From Camelus ferus (Eukaryota), in the NCBI RefSeq assembly GCF_009834535.1, contig NC_045697.1, positions 29,762,001-29,826,000 of the forward strand: a stretch of 64,000 bases of DNA, read 5' to 3'. The position numbers were made by a program, and so were the translations under genes. Below the pieces are notes generated by a model that saw only the letters and a list, made by a program, of their open reading frames with translations, was not told the origin of the DNA and did no database searches. Positions within the stretch are counted from its first letter, which is position 1; each line of letters opens with the position of its first letter. Below, one piece after another: positions 13,705 through 26,720 of the stretch.

Positions 13705-14646
13705 ATGTGATATCATATAGTATTTGTCATTCTCTGTCTTATTTCACTTAACATAATGCCCTCCAAGTCCATCCATGTTGCTGCCAATGGCAAAACTGCA
13801 GTGTTATCACTGAGTAGTATTCCATTGTATGTATATACCACAACTTCTTCATCCATTCAACTGCTGATGGACAGTTAGGTTGCTTCCATATCTTGGCAGT
13901 TGTAAATGCTGCTATGAACATTGGGGTGCATGTATCTTTTTGAATTAGTTTTTTTTTTTTTTTTTGGCTATATACCCAGGAGTAGAATTGCTGGGTCAAA
14001 TGGTAGTTCTATTTTTAGTTTTTTGAGAAATCTGCATACTGCTTTTCACAGTGGCTGCAACAATTTACATTCCCACCAACAGTGTACAAGGGTTCCCTTT
14101 TCTCCACATCCTCGCCAACATTTGTTTTTGGTGTTCTTTTTGATAATGGCCATTCCGACAGGTGTGAGGTGATAGTTCACTATGGTTTTGATTTGCATTT
14201 CTCTGATAATTAGCGATGTTGAGCATCTTTTCATTTGCTTGTTGGCCATCAGCATGTCCCCTTGGGAAAAACATCTATTCAGTTCTGCCCATTTTTTAAT
14301 TGGGGTGTTTTTTTGATGTTGAGTTGTATGAGCTGTTTGTATATGTTGGATATTAATTCTTTATTGGTTATATCATTTGCAAATATTTTCTGCCATTCAG
14401 AAGGCTTTTTTATTTTGTTGATGTTTTCCTTTGCTGTGCTAAAGCTTTTAGGTTTAATTAGGTCTCATTTCTTTATTTTTGGTTTTATTTTCTTTGCTTT
14501 AGGAGATGGAGCCAAAAAATTGCTGTGATTTTTGTCAGAGAGTGTTCTTGTGTTTTTCTCTAGCAGTTTTATAGTATCTGGCCTTACACTTAGGTCTTTA
14601 ATCCGTTTTGAGTTAATTTTTGTACGTGGTGTTAGAGAATGTGATA
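13705..14646 (-). mobile_element. L1 fragment, ORF2 C-terminal region (frameshifted)
   Basis: Minus-strand ORFs give L1 ORF2p peptides: [100 protein letters not shown]. Confidence 0.93.
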
Positions 14647-15078
14647 GAGATGACTGTGTAGTGCTTTCAACAGGCAAAGCCACCCGATGCTAAGTATCCC
14701 TCCTTTTTAACTAACACCCAAAATGTCCAATTGAGGAATATTTAAGTTACACATCTATTCAGTATCATATGGTCTGTCTTAAAGACCCAAGAACATGAAA
14801 AAAATGTTCATGCATGAAACTAGTGAAAGAGTTTTATAAACTGTTTGCATATGTGTTTAGAAAAGACAGGACCATAATAGCTATATGTTTACTATATTCT
14901 AAGTTAAACTTAGTCATCATGTGAGATTGGTATTATCCCCATTTTGCAGATAGAAAACTAAGGCACAGGGAAGCTTAAGCAACTTGCCCAAGGTTACCGG
15001 GCTAATAAAGGATGTTGTGGACATCAAACCCAAGCGGAGTGGCTCTGAGAGCCCATAATATTAATGATCATTGCTGGG

Positions 15079-15207
15079 CAGAGGTGGACCTAACTTTAGG
15101 TGAATGATAGTTAAGCTTTAGGGCCCAACACTTGAATGACCCCTTGCAATATCCTGGCTTGTGTGTCCTTGTGAAATTCACAATTTCTTAACCTGGGTCT
15201 GCTTCTG
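15079..15207. mobile_element. Short Zaphod/MER115-117-like hAT-Tip100 MITE
   Basis: cagaggtggacctaac...aagctttagggccc...cctgggtctgcttctg; ends resemble those of the larger element at 54755-56806. Confidence 0.5.
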
Positions 15208-16404
15208 TTTCTGCGTGTTGAGATTATGGGTGATTTAACTTTATACCTTCATCTTCCAAGCTTTTTAAAATTGCATATTACTTTTATTAAAAAAAAACTT
15301 AAGTTTTTCTCTGGAACTGTTGTGAATGAATTAACTGAATGAATTCTGTAATGAGGTGCTGCTGGTTAATTTAGCATACCTCCCAAGTTTCTTCAATTTA
15401 TAACTGAAGTCAGTGCAACTTACTTAGTCTTCTGTCTTCTAGGGGCTTCATTACAAAGCTACGTTAGAACTTTAAATAATCATCTTTCAGTCTCCAAAAC
15501 CTCCACTTACTTGGAACATGTTCAGTTTCTTCCACGCCCTGCCCTGGTAAATAATGACTTGACATCCTGGCCTGGGAGTTGCTTTCTGTGTCCTTTGAAT
15601 GATGTGATGTTATTAACTATATGTGTTATAGCAGTGAGCTGTTCACCTGTTTGATTCTTGACCTGGCTTGGCATCCACTAAGGAACAAGGTGCCTCTTGG
15701 TGGAGCAGTGAACCGTGGGCTGCTGTGGATGCCGGTGTGGTCGGGCAGTCTGGTGCAATCGTGTAGAATGGGACCGACAGGACCTCTCCCAGGACTGTGG
15801 GCTCAATTAAGCGACATAGAGCTCAGCACATAGTGAGCACACTCTCGAGCATTTCTATTAATGTGACATAAACCATTATAGGAGCTGAATGTATGTATTT
15901 GAATATTTATGAACAAAGGAGAAAGAAGCAGAGAAATCTCAGCAAATGAAGTAGTTAAGTTCTCTGTTAGTGTGAAATACCTGAATTTGGACAATTTAAA
16001 CCACTTGATAGTTCCTTCATGTTAATATCCTTAACCTGATTCAAAATCAGATTTTATAATTGTCTTCTTACTCTTAGGAATCAGACGCTTTCCATAGTGT
16101 TAACCGTTCTTTAAAAATAGGCTTTTAATTTTTAAAAAATCTTACCTTAGTACATTTGTCACAATGAACGAATTAACATTGATACTTTATTATTAATTTA
16201 AATTCCTACTGTGTTTCTTTAGTTTTCACCAAATGTCCTTTCTTGTTCCAGAATCCCGTCTAGGATACCATATGGCATATAGTTGTCATGTCTCCCTAGG
16301 CTCTTCCTGGCCATGTTTTACTGAACTAAAACCAATGATGCTGACTTGGGGCGCTGCTTTGGCTCTTGTCAATTCCTCTCGTCCATGGTCTCCTGGGGCT
16401 GCAC

Positions 16405-16620
16405 CAGGCAGCATAGCTTTGTGGTTGAGAACTGAGGTTTGTGCCATCAGCTCCACCCCGTACCAGATGGGTGCCTTGGCCGTCTTAACTCTTCCAAAGC
16501 CCCGATTTCTTCATCTGTAAAGTGGGTTCAGTATCTGCCTCATAGGGTTGTGAAAGCACAGGAGAATACATGTGAAGTCCTTGGGATGTGCTAAACACAG
16601 TAAATGCTATGGCTTTCATT
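16405..16620. mobile_element. MIR SINE
   Basis: MIR core ttcttcatctgtaaagtggg...ctgcctcatagggttgtg...cacagtaaatgct. Confidence 0.7.
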
Positions 16621-16777
16621 TTTGACACCACCTATCTTCTCTGCATCCATCTCTCCTTTTAAATATCCAGTGTTTGGGCATTAAGTACAATTTGAATGGC
16701 ACCTGAATTCCCTATTTTACATTCAAACACCCTGAACAGTAGGAAGACAAAAGCTTTATTTAAAACTATACTTACTG

Positions 16778-16797
16778 TTTCCAGTAGGTGGCAGCAA
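16778..16797 (+). promoter_or_regulatory. Candidate CTCF site
   Basis: CCAGTAGGTGGCAGCA (16781-16796) fully fits the CTCF core CCASYAGRKGGCRS; lies in non-repeat sequence. Confidence 0.6.
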
Positions 16798-18204
16798 AGG
16801 AAAACTTATGGCAACTTCAGAGCTCAGTAGGTTTGAACAAAAGTTGAGCCAGGAGAGAGAAACCAGTAGCTTTTGGTGACTAGCTCTTCTGGGCAAGATG
16901 GAGAAGTGTGACACAGAGTGGGCCTTCATTTTGGCCCATTGTTTTGGACTGGACTAACCAGTCCTGGTATAGATTGGCTAAAGCAGCCTGACTTGCTTTT
17001 TGGGCTATCCATAGTTTTGCCCAGGTTCTATGTATTTTGTCATAAAACTAAATAGAAATAAGCAGTATTAATTTCAAATCACAAATTCATCAAGTAAATG
17101 CTTTCTCTGCTGATGTTGAATTAGATGTTATCCCAAATACAAATGATCTGATAATTCTATAATCAATTCTACATCTAGCAGAACCTGGCTTTCAACATCT
17201 TAGCATTCGAAACTAGTGGAATTAATGGTATGATCCTGACTCATTAGAGCTTTACGAAAATATTTTTCTCTTCAGTTAAATAATATTAACTTTCTTTTCA
17301 AGTAGTTCCATATAGATAGATGGATTTGACCTTTCTATTCAGAGAACTGGGTCTGGACTAGCATTGACACTAAGTAGTTGGGTGATATTAACTAACTCCC
17401 TTTTCCTTTCCTGGCCTCAGTTTTCCTCATTTTTAAAATAAAATAATTAAACAGACTCAGAGCTCACAGACGTGCCTTCATCCAGTGAGTTTCTATACCA
17501 CAGGCCCCACTATTTGCCAGCCCGGCTTCAGGAGGTGCACACTGTAGACCTCTGGCCCTCAGCTCTTCAGACCCATGGCCCCTTTACTATCCTAAACGAG
17601 AGCTCATAGCTAATATAAGAAATCAATTTAAAGAATGTTTCCACATGTACATGATCAGGTGTTACCACGTGAGAAGATGTAAAGGGAGGTGAGGCTCGTA
17701 CTTAGACAGCAAATCATGAAGACAGAGGTGGCAACGGTGGCAGATGGAAGCCGGGGCAGCACATCGACAGTTCAGATGCCATGAGCAGCCTTGGTGTCTG
17801 TCACGCGATTTTCCCTTTTCCCCAGATGGTGAAAATCTTGGTAAAGTCCCAAACAAAATAATTACATTCTTCCCTTGACTTACCCATTAATTGCACTTAT
17901 GGAAACTTCAGTGCAAAGACTATGCAAAAAAATAGGTTCAGACAATTGTATCCAGATTTTGCACTGACATGAATGCCTAGAGCTGTGTTTGAAAGCTGTG
18001 TAACTAGCAGCACAATTTTCATCGCGTGAGGCTGTCTTCTCACAACCTGGCTCCGGACAGTAAGTGCCAGTGGAACCTACCCCCTATCATTACCACAGCA
18101 AAATATTTGCCAACAAATTTCCAAAACATCCATTAGGGCTTGGTACCACCGCCCCTGAGGATCACTTAGCCACACTGGAGAATCTTTCCAAAGTAACTTG
18201 TTGC

Positions 18205-18720
18205 AGGCAGAATTTCAGAATGGCCTCTGAGAGTCCCAGCCCATTGTGTGTAAACACCTTCCCCCGGGCACTTGATCAAACACTAATCTGGATGCTGCTC
18301 TGAAGGGAGTTTGCAGATGTGATTAAGGTCCCAAATAAACTGGCATTAAAATAGATTATCTCCAGTTAGCCTGTCCTAGCCCTTAAAAAGGACCAGGCTT
18401 TTCTTGGCAAAAGAATGTGGGCCACCTCTAGGAGGTGAGAGTGGACCCCACTGACAGCAGGAAAACGAGAATCTAAGTTCTAGAGCCTTAAGGAGCTGAA
18501 TTTGGCCAACGACCTGAATGCACCTGGAAGCAGAATCTTCCGCAGAGCCTCCAGAAAGAATCACAGCCGACACCGTGATCCAGCCTAGTAAGACCCCCTG
18601 TAAGACAGGCCGGTCAGGCCACGCTGGACTTCTGACCTACAGCACCGCGCACTAAGAAATCAGTATTGATTGAAGCCTCTAAGTTTGTGGTAATTTGTTA
18701 TGCAGCAAAAGGAAATGCAG
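18205..18720 (+). mobile_element. MLT1-type MaLR solo LTR
   Basis: ttgcagatgtgattaaggtccc...gagctgaatttggccaacgacctgaatg...gacttctgacctacag...aagtttgtggtaatttgttatgcagcaa. Confidence 0.8.
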
Positions 18721-19685
18721 ACAATTTAATAAGGCAACGTGACATGTGAGTCACTGGATTTCCTTGATGGCCCTCTCTAAACCATCCCTTCACTACCTCC
18801 ACCACCCACTCCACATCTCTGAGGATGAGGTTGTGAAGAATATGCTGACATTCCAGGAACTGACAGCCCTCCCTTAGATTCCATGTCCTCCCTGGGGATG
18901 GGGGGTGAGGTCCCTCAGCTCCTGGCCCAGCTCGAAGCCCAAGTTTGCCTCAGGGACACACTCATAAGTCTGCCATGCTTGTCACCAGGAGGCACCTGCT
19001 TGATGAAACTAACAGCAAAGGTGACGTGTAGCCTTAATCACTTACTGCAATCTGACGTCACGTCTCACTGCTACAGAAGGTCACAGCTATCCAAACTGGA
19101 CGTGTAGAATTAAAAAAAAATAATGTCCTTAAGATGTATGGTACTGAAAATCCCTATTTTGTGTGCAGTGGAGTATTCCAGGCCTTCAAGTACCACCTGC
19201 CGTCTGCTTCTCTCTGGGGCTAGTCTTTCTGTGGCTCCTTCTGTCACTCCTCCCCCCACCATCCTGCTCAGTTGGAATGGAGTGGCCACCAGCAGAGCCA
19301 CTTCACTCGTTCTGGAAGGCTCCCTTTTTTATTCCTTTTGAAAACATGGAAGCCACCTTTGAGGGCTTTGCAATAATTATTATTTTAACATTTAAAAACA
19401 TTTAAACATTTAAAATTTCTTTAAAAACATTTTAAGAAATCTTTGAAATTAAGAATAACAGTTGGCTCAGAGACAAGACCTAGTTTGTTTGTTTGTTTGT
19501 TTGTTTACCTCTGTGCCTTTATTTGCTTCTGTGGGATGCTGTGGGCCCAGGTCCCTTCTTTAAAGATACATGCTGACAGTAGAGGTCAAAAGTTCCTTAT
19601 TATTTGTGCAAAGTCGACTCACTTCATGAATTTTCTGTGGAGGTCTCTTCTGATAGTCTTGAGTCATCACAAAAGTGGCCCTCAA

Positions 19686-19809
19686 ATATATATATATATA
19701 TATAACATTTCTCTCTCCCTCCCTCCTTCTCTTTCTTTTTCTTTCTTCCTTTCTTTCCTCCTTTCCTTCCTTCCTTCCTCCTTTCCTTCCTTCCTTTTCT
19801 TTCTCTTTT

Positions 19810-19877
<68 letters not shown>

Positions 19878-19890
19878 TTTCTTTCTTTCT
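19686..19890. repeat. (TA)n plus compound polypyrimidine microsatellite (TTCC/TTTC)n
   Basis: Directly visible; about 180 bp purine-free on the + strand (19708-19890). Confidence 0.97.
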
Positions 19891-19999
19891 GCCTTATGCT
19901 ATGCTCTTTATTTCTCAAACTTTTAAAATCACAGCATGCATTTTATATGAATTTTCTTCCTAATCTTTCCCTCTGATTACATTTATTCCCAATTCCCTT

Positions 20000-20535
20000 A
20001 AAGACTTTATTAAAGTGTAGTTTATGTACCATACAATTCCCCTACTCTAAGTATGCAATTCTACTATTTTAGTAAATGGAGTTGTAAAATCGTGCACACA
20101 AATCCAGGTTTAGAACATTTCCTTCATCCCCCAAAGTTTCTTATGTCTGTTTACAGTTAATCCCTGCTCCTACCCTCAGCCCCAGGTAACAACTGAGCTG
20201 CTTTTTGTCTCTGCAAATGTGCTCTTTCTGGACATTTCTTATCAACAGAAGCATACAAATATAGTTGTATTTGGCTTCTTTCCGTTAGCAGAAATTCCTT
20301 CATATTGTAGAATGTAACAATCATTCTTCCCTTTTTATTGCCGAATAATATTCCATGGTATGAAAATACCTCATCTTGTTTATCTGTTCATCAGTTGATA
20401 GACATTGGGGTTGTTTGTGGTTTGGGACTATTATGAAGAATGCTGCTCTGAGCAGCCATTCACATGTGTTTATGTGGTTGTCTTTTCATTTCTTGGGGGT
20501 GGACTCCCAGAGTGGAATTGCTGGGGCACACCATA
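20000..20535 (-). mobile_element. L1MB-like 3' fragment
   Basis: ttttattgccgaataatattccat...tcagttgatagacattggggttg...gagtggaattgctggg. Confidence 0.8.
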
Positions 20536-20799
20536 CATTTAAGTGTACAGATGGCCTCCAACACCGGGTAATAGTCCTTCTCAACAAGTACATACTACTC
20601 AGAAAGTATGGTAGGAAATCAACTTTGTAATATGTATCAAAAGGCTTATAAATATGTAACATCTGATTAGGTAACTCAAATTCTTAGAAATAATCAAAGG
20701 TCCATGTGAAGATTTTTGTAGTTCAGGTATTGTTCTGAACAATCTAGTAAAAAAGAGAAACGATGTAACTAACATTAAGGGAAAGACTTCACAAATAGC

Positions 20800-21410
20800 T
20801 GTATAGCCCCAAGTAGACAAAAATCTCTGGGTGGGGGACAGGCAGGAGACAGACAGTAAGCAACAAACATATGAGTAAAGTGCCTGGTGTGACAGAAGGG
20901 GAAGAAAGCTATGGAAAAAAGAAAGAAGAAATCAGCAGAGCCAGGTAAGGAGGTGGAGGAGAGGCCTGTGGTTAACGGAAAGGTCAAGGTCAATCTGGAA
21001 TGTGTTGATGGGGGCCAGTCAAGGTTGATCTCATTGAGAAGATGACTCAGCAAAACAGACATCTGGGGAAGAGGATTCCCCAGGGAGGGAAGAGCCGGGG
21101 TGGGGAGGGTAGGAGTGAATGATGGGAGAAGAGTTCCAGCTGAGAGCAGAGGGTCACGGGCGGAGGGAGGGGGCAGGTCATATGCGACCTTGGAGGCCAC
21201 TGTGAGGACTTCGGTTTTATTCTTTGTGAGATGATTGATGGGAAGCTATTTCAGGATTTTTGTCAAAGGTGTAACATGATCTGATCTTTGTTTTAAAACA
21301 ATCCCCCTGGCTGCTGGGTGCAAAACTGACTGTAGGGAAATGAGAGAGAGACAGAGAGTGTAGAGAGTAATGTCCAGGTTTGAATGACCCTGGGCTGGGC
21401 GGCTTACAGG
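20800..21410. mobile_element. L2 LINE fragment
   Basis: L2-type text (ttggaggccactgtgaggacttcggttttattct...catgatctgat...ccctggctgctgggtg). Confidence 0.7.
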
Positions 21411-24304
21411 ACTGCACTTGTCCACCTTCTCACTCCCGTCTCTCTTTTTCTTGCCCTTCTTCCAACACACACAGTCCCCAGTACACACACGCACACACAC
21501 ATTCCAATACCCACCCACCCCCGATACACACACACCATCAGATAGGAATGGTAGTGTTGTTGGAACTGTGATTGGGAGCCCACCCCCTGGTTCTGACTTT
21601 CTTATCTCCAGTAGAACCAAGCGTGGACGTGGGGCTGGTTCTGGAGGCACAGAAATAGCTGCACACAATCCCTGAGGGACGGAGAGAGATGGAGAGAGAC
21701 AGAGACAGACGGAGGGAGGGAAAGAGGCAGGTAAGAGCACACTGATGACACGGCCCAACCGCTCATGGTCCCTGGCACAGACTGGGTGCTTTGTGAGGGA
21801 GGGTGAGGTCTCTGACTCTGGGGGTGGGGACCTCACCGGTGGCTGGGAGCTGAGGGAAGACTTGAGGAGAAGGAGGCTGTCAGGCAAACATTGTTAGTGG
21901 GGAAAATGGGTGGTGGGCCAGGCAGAGTGAAGCCGAAGGCCCAGAGGAGAGAGAAAACGTGCTTTTCTGATTCAGGAACTGTAGACAGTTGAGGAGGGGG
22001 TGACACAGGGGAGGGAGAGGGGAGGGCTGGGTAGAGGGAGTGGGACTACAGAGGGGACAGGAGGGTTTGAGAGCCCATGCTCAAGACTGTGGCTTCTTTC
22101 TCTAGGCAGAGGAGAGTTTCAGGTAGGTCGTAAGCGGAGGAATGAACCCAAATAGCTTTCCAAGCAACCAGAGGTGGCAGCCCCCTCCCCTTTTCCATCA
22201 AGGGCGACTTGGAATCAAATTCATTTAATAGGATCTGGCGCCGTTGCCCTTTACTGTGAGTGTTTACAGCCGGGTCGTTTCTCCAGGAATGCAAGCCAGG
22301 CTCAGCAGAGCAAGAAGGAGGTAAATCTCCTTTGCACAATAACAGCAGTCTGCATCGCTCCAGAAGGGCACGGCCAACAGTCTTCTGTTTGCTAGACTCC
22401 CAGGGAGAGAGCAGGGAGCAGTGTCCTGTGCTTATACTGTATCCCCAGCACCAAGGATTATGCCTGGAGCTTAGCAGACAGACATTCAAGTTTTTTTGTT
22501 TGTTTGTTTGTTTTTAATATTTAGAGGAATGGAAAGCCAAAGCCATGTTAGTAGGAGACACATCCTTACCACCACACAAGGCATGGATGTCATGCTGACT
22601 GCGTCACGGCGAGGGGTGCTTACTCCCCTTGGGTGCCGGAGAGGGACTGTCTATGGCTCTCTCTGGTGGGAAGACTGACTACAGAATTTACAGCTGCCCT
22701 TGTTCAGGGCACTAGAAGCCCCTCCAAGCCCAACACTGACCCTGAGCCTGAGCCTACAGTAGGTGCTCAATAAATGCATTCATTGACTGAGCAGAGGAGA
22801 ACCTGAATGAAAGGGGAAGGTAACCACGGGAGACCCTCTTCTGGGGAAGAGGCAGTCAGAGGAAAGGACGAATTAGAATTCCAACATGTTTCCTCTCACA
22901 CTTTACCGACATTCAGGAGTTTATCTACCCGACTCTTCACCGAAGGCCTTTGTGTGCGCAGAGGAGAGTCTGGTGCTGGTCTGATGCTGTCCATCTAGGA
23001 AGGTGGCCTGGGGAGCGGAGGGGCCTCATCTTCCACCGCTGCCTGTGAAGTGTCTGCAGAGAAGGAAAGGAGTGGAAGGGACAGGCCAGTGTCTTATCAC
23101 TGGTTATTGACTGAGCCGCCATAGGTGGCAAGGGTCGCCTTGGGCGTGAGAATCCCGAAAGCTGAATTCACTGATGGCCCCTGGGGGTTCTTGAGGAGCA
23201 TACACTATGACCTCGGAATATTCTCTGATACTATTTTAAATTTACAGTGAGAGGCAGTGGAAGTCCGTAAGGACATGAGATTCAGAAGACTTGGATTTGA
23301 ATCTTGACTCTGTCACCAGCTACATACATTTCCTTGGTCAAGCAGTTTTAAGTCTCAGAGTCATCATCAGAACGGGAGAAGAGCTACTTAGCAGGGCTGT
23401 CATGAAGATTAAAGGAGAGAAGGCTTGCAATGCACTTTTAAAATTAGAATGAATATACCTGATTGTTCAAACCTTTTAAATTATAGTGTATAACACAGAA
23501 AGACATATAAAATAATTGTTCAACTTGAAAATTTTTTTAAAAATGAGTGGTTTCCTAACCTATTCCCCACAGTAAATCTGCCCTTCTAACATGTTATTTA
23601 TCTGGTTCAGCACCGGTTCGGGGTAAAATGGAGCTGTAACAAATATTTTGGACGGCTGTTATTCCCCTTTCGGCAGTCCTTCACTGGAAAATGGGCTGTG
23701 ATCAAGTTCCGTGACTTTCCCGGCATCAGGGCGGGCAGGACATTCAGGCGCCCTTAGAGCATCTTCTATGTGGTCGCCTCTGTGTTTTTTCCTAGAGCCA
23801 GCTGACTAGCTGCTGAACCTGGGGTCGTCTTTCCCCTGTTGATCAGGCCATATTTTTTTAAAGTCTCTTGTTTGCCTTCAAAGGGATATTTTGGGATACC
23901 AAGTATCAGAGTCCTTGATCTTCTGTTTAATGCAGGGCAAATGGTGCCCACATACTGCCTGCACAGCCTTCCCCTCCCTGTCAAAAAGCAGGGTCTTTTG
24001 TTGTCCCAATGGTTCTAAGCCCTTGAAAGTAGGATTGCTCCTTTGGTAATTACTGATGAACTATTATAAGGCAGGCACCCTTGGAACCACCACCAGCAGC
24101 CTCCTAGAAGTCTTCTGTGTGCCCCGTTTCAGTCGCAACTCTCTGCCTCCCCCTGCAAAGTAACTGTTATCTTGACTTTAAAGATAATGTCTTTCTTGCT
24201 TGTTGTCACTGAAGTGTGCATCCCTAGATGCTATAATTTTGTCTTTTAAAGTTCTGTCTCTTAAATCCTTTTCTATCTACAGGTTTTTTTTTAAACTGGT
24301 TTAA

Positions 24305-24625
24305 AAAAAAGATTATATTTTAGAGGAGTTTTAGGTTCACAGCCAAATGGAGATGAGTACAGAAATTCCCATATTTCCTGTCCACGCATGTACAGCCTCT
24401 CCCTTAGTCAACATCCCCGACCAGAGTGGAACATTTCTTACAGTTGAGGGACCTACACTGACACATCATAGTCACCCCAAATCCATGGTTTCCATTAGAG
24501 TTCACTCAGTGTTGTACATTCTGTGGGTTTGGACAAACATGTAATGACGTGTACCTAGCAGTATTGTATCATGCAGAGTGGTTTCACTGCCCTAAAAACT
24601 CTCTGCGCTCCAGCTATTAATCCTC
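24305..24625 (-). mobile_element. L1MD-like 3' end fragment
   Basis: ttttagaggagttttaggttcacagc...ccagagtggaacattt...gggtttggacaaa...tttcactgccctaaaa. Confidence 0.75.
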
Positions 24626-25274
24626 TGCTCCTGTGATGCATTTTTTAATACAGTGCCTCCAACTGCCTCCCTGCATATTCTGAGAAGGAATTCTAAACGA
24701 GGTAGCTAAAAAAATCTTCAGACATAGCAAGTCCAAAAGATTGCAGCCCCATGGTTTGTTTTTTTTTTTCCTGTTCCTAAAACCAACTGCCTCAGCTTCT
24801 CTGTGCGTGAAGTTGCCTCTATCTGATATACTTTCTCCATGTCTTTGAAAAACAGACTCTACCTCATCATTTAAGACATAACTCAATTATCACCTTGACA
24901 GCCGGTATCGCCATCACCACCACATCCCCCTCTGTCATTCTCTCCTACCACTCTCACTCTCTGCTTTTATTTTGGAAGTTACCCCGTCCCCTACTTAAAA
25001 TCTCCTGAGGGCTGGGGACTTCGGCGTCCCTTCCACCAATTTACATCAATGCCTGGAACAGTCTTTGAGAGACTGTAGGACTCAATATACATTTGTTTAT
25101 TTTAGAATTTCTTAAGTTTCCTTCTGTGAGGTATTCTGTCATCTTTCCGTCTTCAATTCACCTTCCTATATTCTACCACCACCTACTCGTTTCAGAATCA
25201 ACAGAAACAAAAAATCCTAATTTGTTTTCTTGAAGGATCTCACATCACAGCTGCTAAGAGATCAGCAAATTTTA

Positions 25275-25490
25275 TTTTTTTCTTTTTTTAATTTAATTTA
25301 TTTTTAAATTTAATTTAAATTTAAATTTAATTGAATTTAATTTTTAAATTGAAGTATAGGCAGTTACACTGTGTCAATTTCTGGTATACAGCATAATGTC
25401 CCAGTCATGCATATATATATACACACACCCACCCACCCACACACACACACACACACATACATATGCATATACATATATTTGTTTTCATAT
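25275..25490 (-). mobile_element. Young 5'-truncated L1 3' tail with internal (CA)n
   Basis: 17-bp TSD GAGATCAG(C/T)AAATTTTA at 25258-25274 and 25491-25507; A/T-rich tail then attgaagtatag...tttctggtatacagcata. Confidence 0.85.
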
Positions 25491-25784
25491 GAGATCAGTA
25501 AATTTTAGAGTAAAGATTTCCTGGCCATGAGTCTGTGGAAATCTGTGGAAGATCTTTTTGGGCTTAAGTTTCATCACCTGTAAAGTGTGGATGAAACTAT
25601 TTGTCTTTTCCAGCTCACTTTAGAGGCTGAAACCTGGAGTCCCGCCCCTCATCTCCATACCCAGCCTTAATGAGTTGCCTCCCAAATGTGTTCAGAATTT
25701 GTCTTCTCCCTCTGCCCCCACTGACACTCTCAGCTCAGGCTTTCAGTGTTCCTCACCTGGATTATTGCAACAACCTTAAATTTT

Positions 25785-26720
25785 TAAAAAATTTTGGTAA
25801 AATACACATAACATAAAATTTAACATTTTAACCATTTTAAGTGTACAGTTCAGTGGCATTAAGGACATTCACATTATTGTTCAACTATCACCACCATCCA
25901 TCTCCAGGACTCTTTATCTTGCAAAACTGAAACTGTCTACACATTAACAATAAATTTCCATATAGCCCTCTTTCAGTCCCCTGGAATCACCACTCTGCTT
26001 TCTGTCTCTGTAGATTTGCCTATTCTAGGAACCTCGCATAAGTGGAATCATATAGTATTTGTTGTTTTGTGGCTGGCTTATGTTACTTAGCATAATGTCT
26101 TCGAGGTTCATTTGGGCTGTAGTGTGCGTCAGAATTTTCTTCCTTTTTAAGGCGGAATAAGATTTCATTGTATGATGTGTCACATTTTGTTTATCCATTT
26201 ATCCATTAATGGACACTTGAGTTGCATCCATCTTTTGATTATTGTGAATAATGCTGCTATGAACATGGGTGTACAAATATCTCCTCAAGATCCTACTTTC
26301 AGTTCTTTTGGATATGTGCCCAGAAGTGAAATTTCTGGATTGTATGGTAATTCTATTTAAAACTTTTGAAAACCTGCCATACTTTTCCATGAAGCGGTAT
26401 CATTTTACATTTTCACTAGCAATGCACAAGGGTTCCAGTTTCTACACATTCTCAATAATGCTCATTATTTCTTCTTTTGTTTTTTATTTGTTTTGATAGT
26501 AGCCATCCTAACGGATGTGGGGTAATATCTCATTGTGGTTTTGATTTGCATTTCCATAATGATTAGTGATGTTGAGCACCTTTCCATTTACCTATTGGCC
26601 ATTTGTGTGTCTTCTTTGAAAAAATGCCCTTTGCCCATTTTTAAATTGGGTTATTTGTTTTTTTGCTATTGAGTTGTATGAGTTCCTTGAATATTTTGGT
26701 TATTAACTCCTCATTAGATA
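25785..26720 (-). mobile_element. L1MA/MB-like 3' UTR plus end of ORF2
   Basis: aaatacacataacataaaattt...ccattttaagtgtacagttcagtggcatt...gtgaataatgctgctatgaacatgggtgtacaaatatc. Confidence 0.88.

Noticed and set aside
19443..19976. 177-aa hydrophobic ORF and the antisense KERK-rich ORF
   Set aside because: Translations of the (TTTC)n microsatellite
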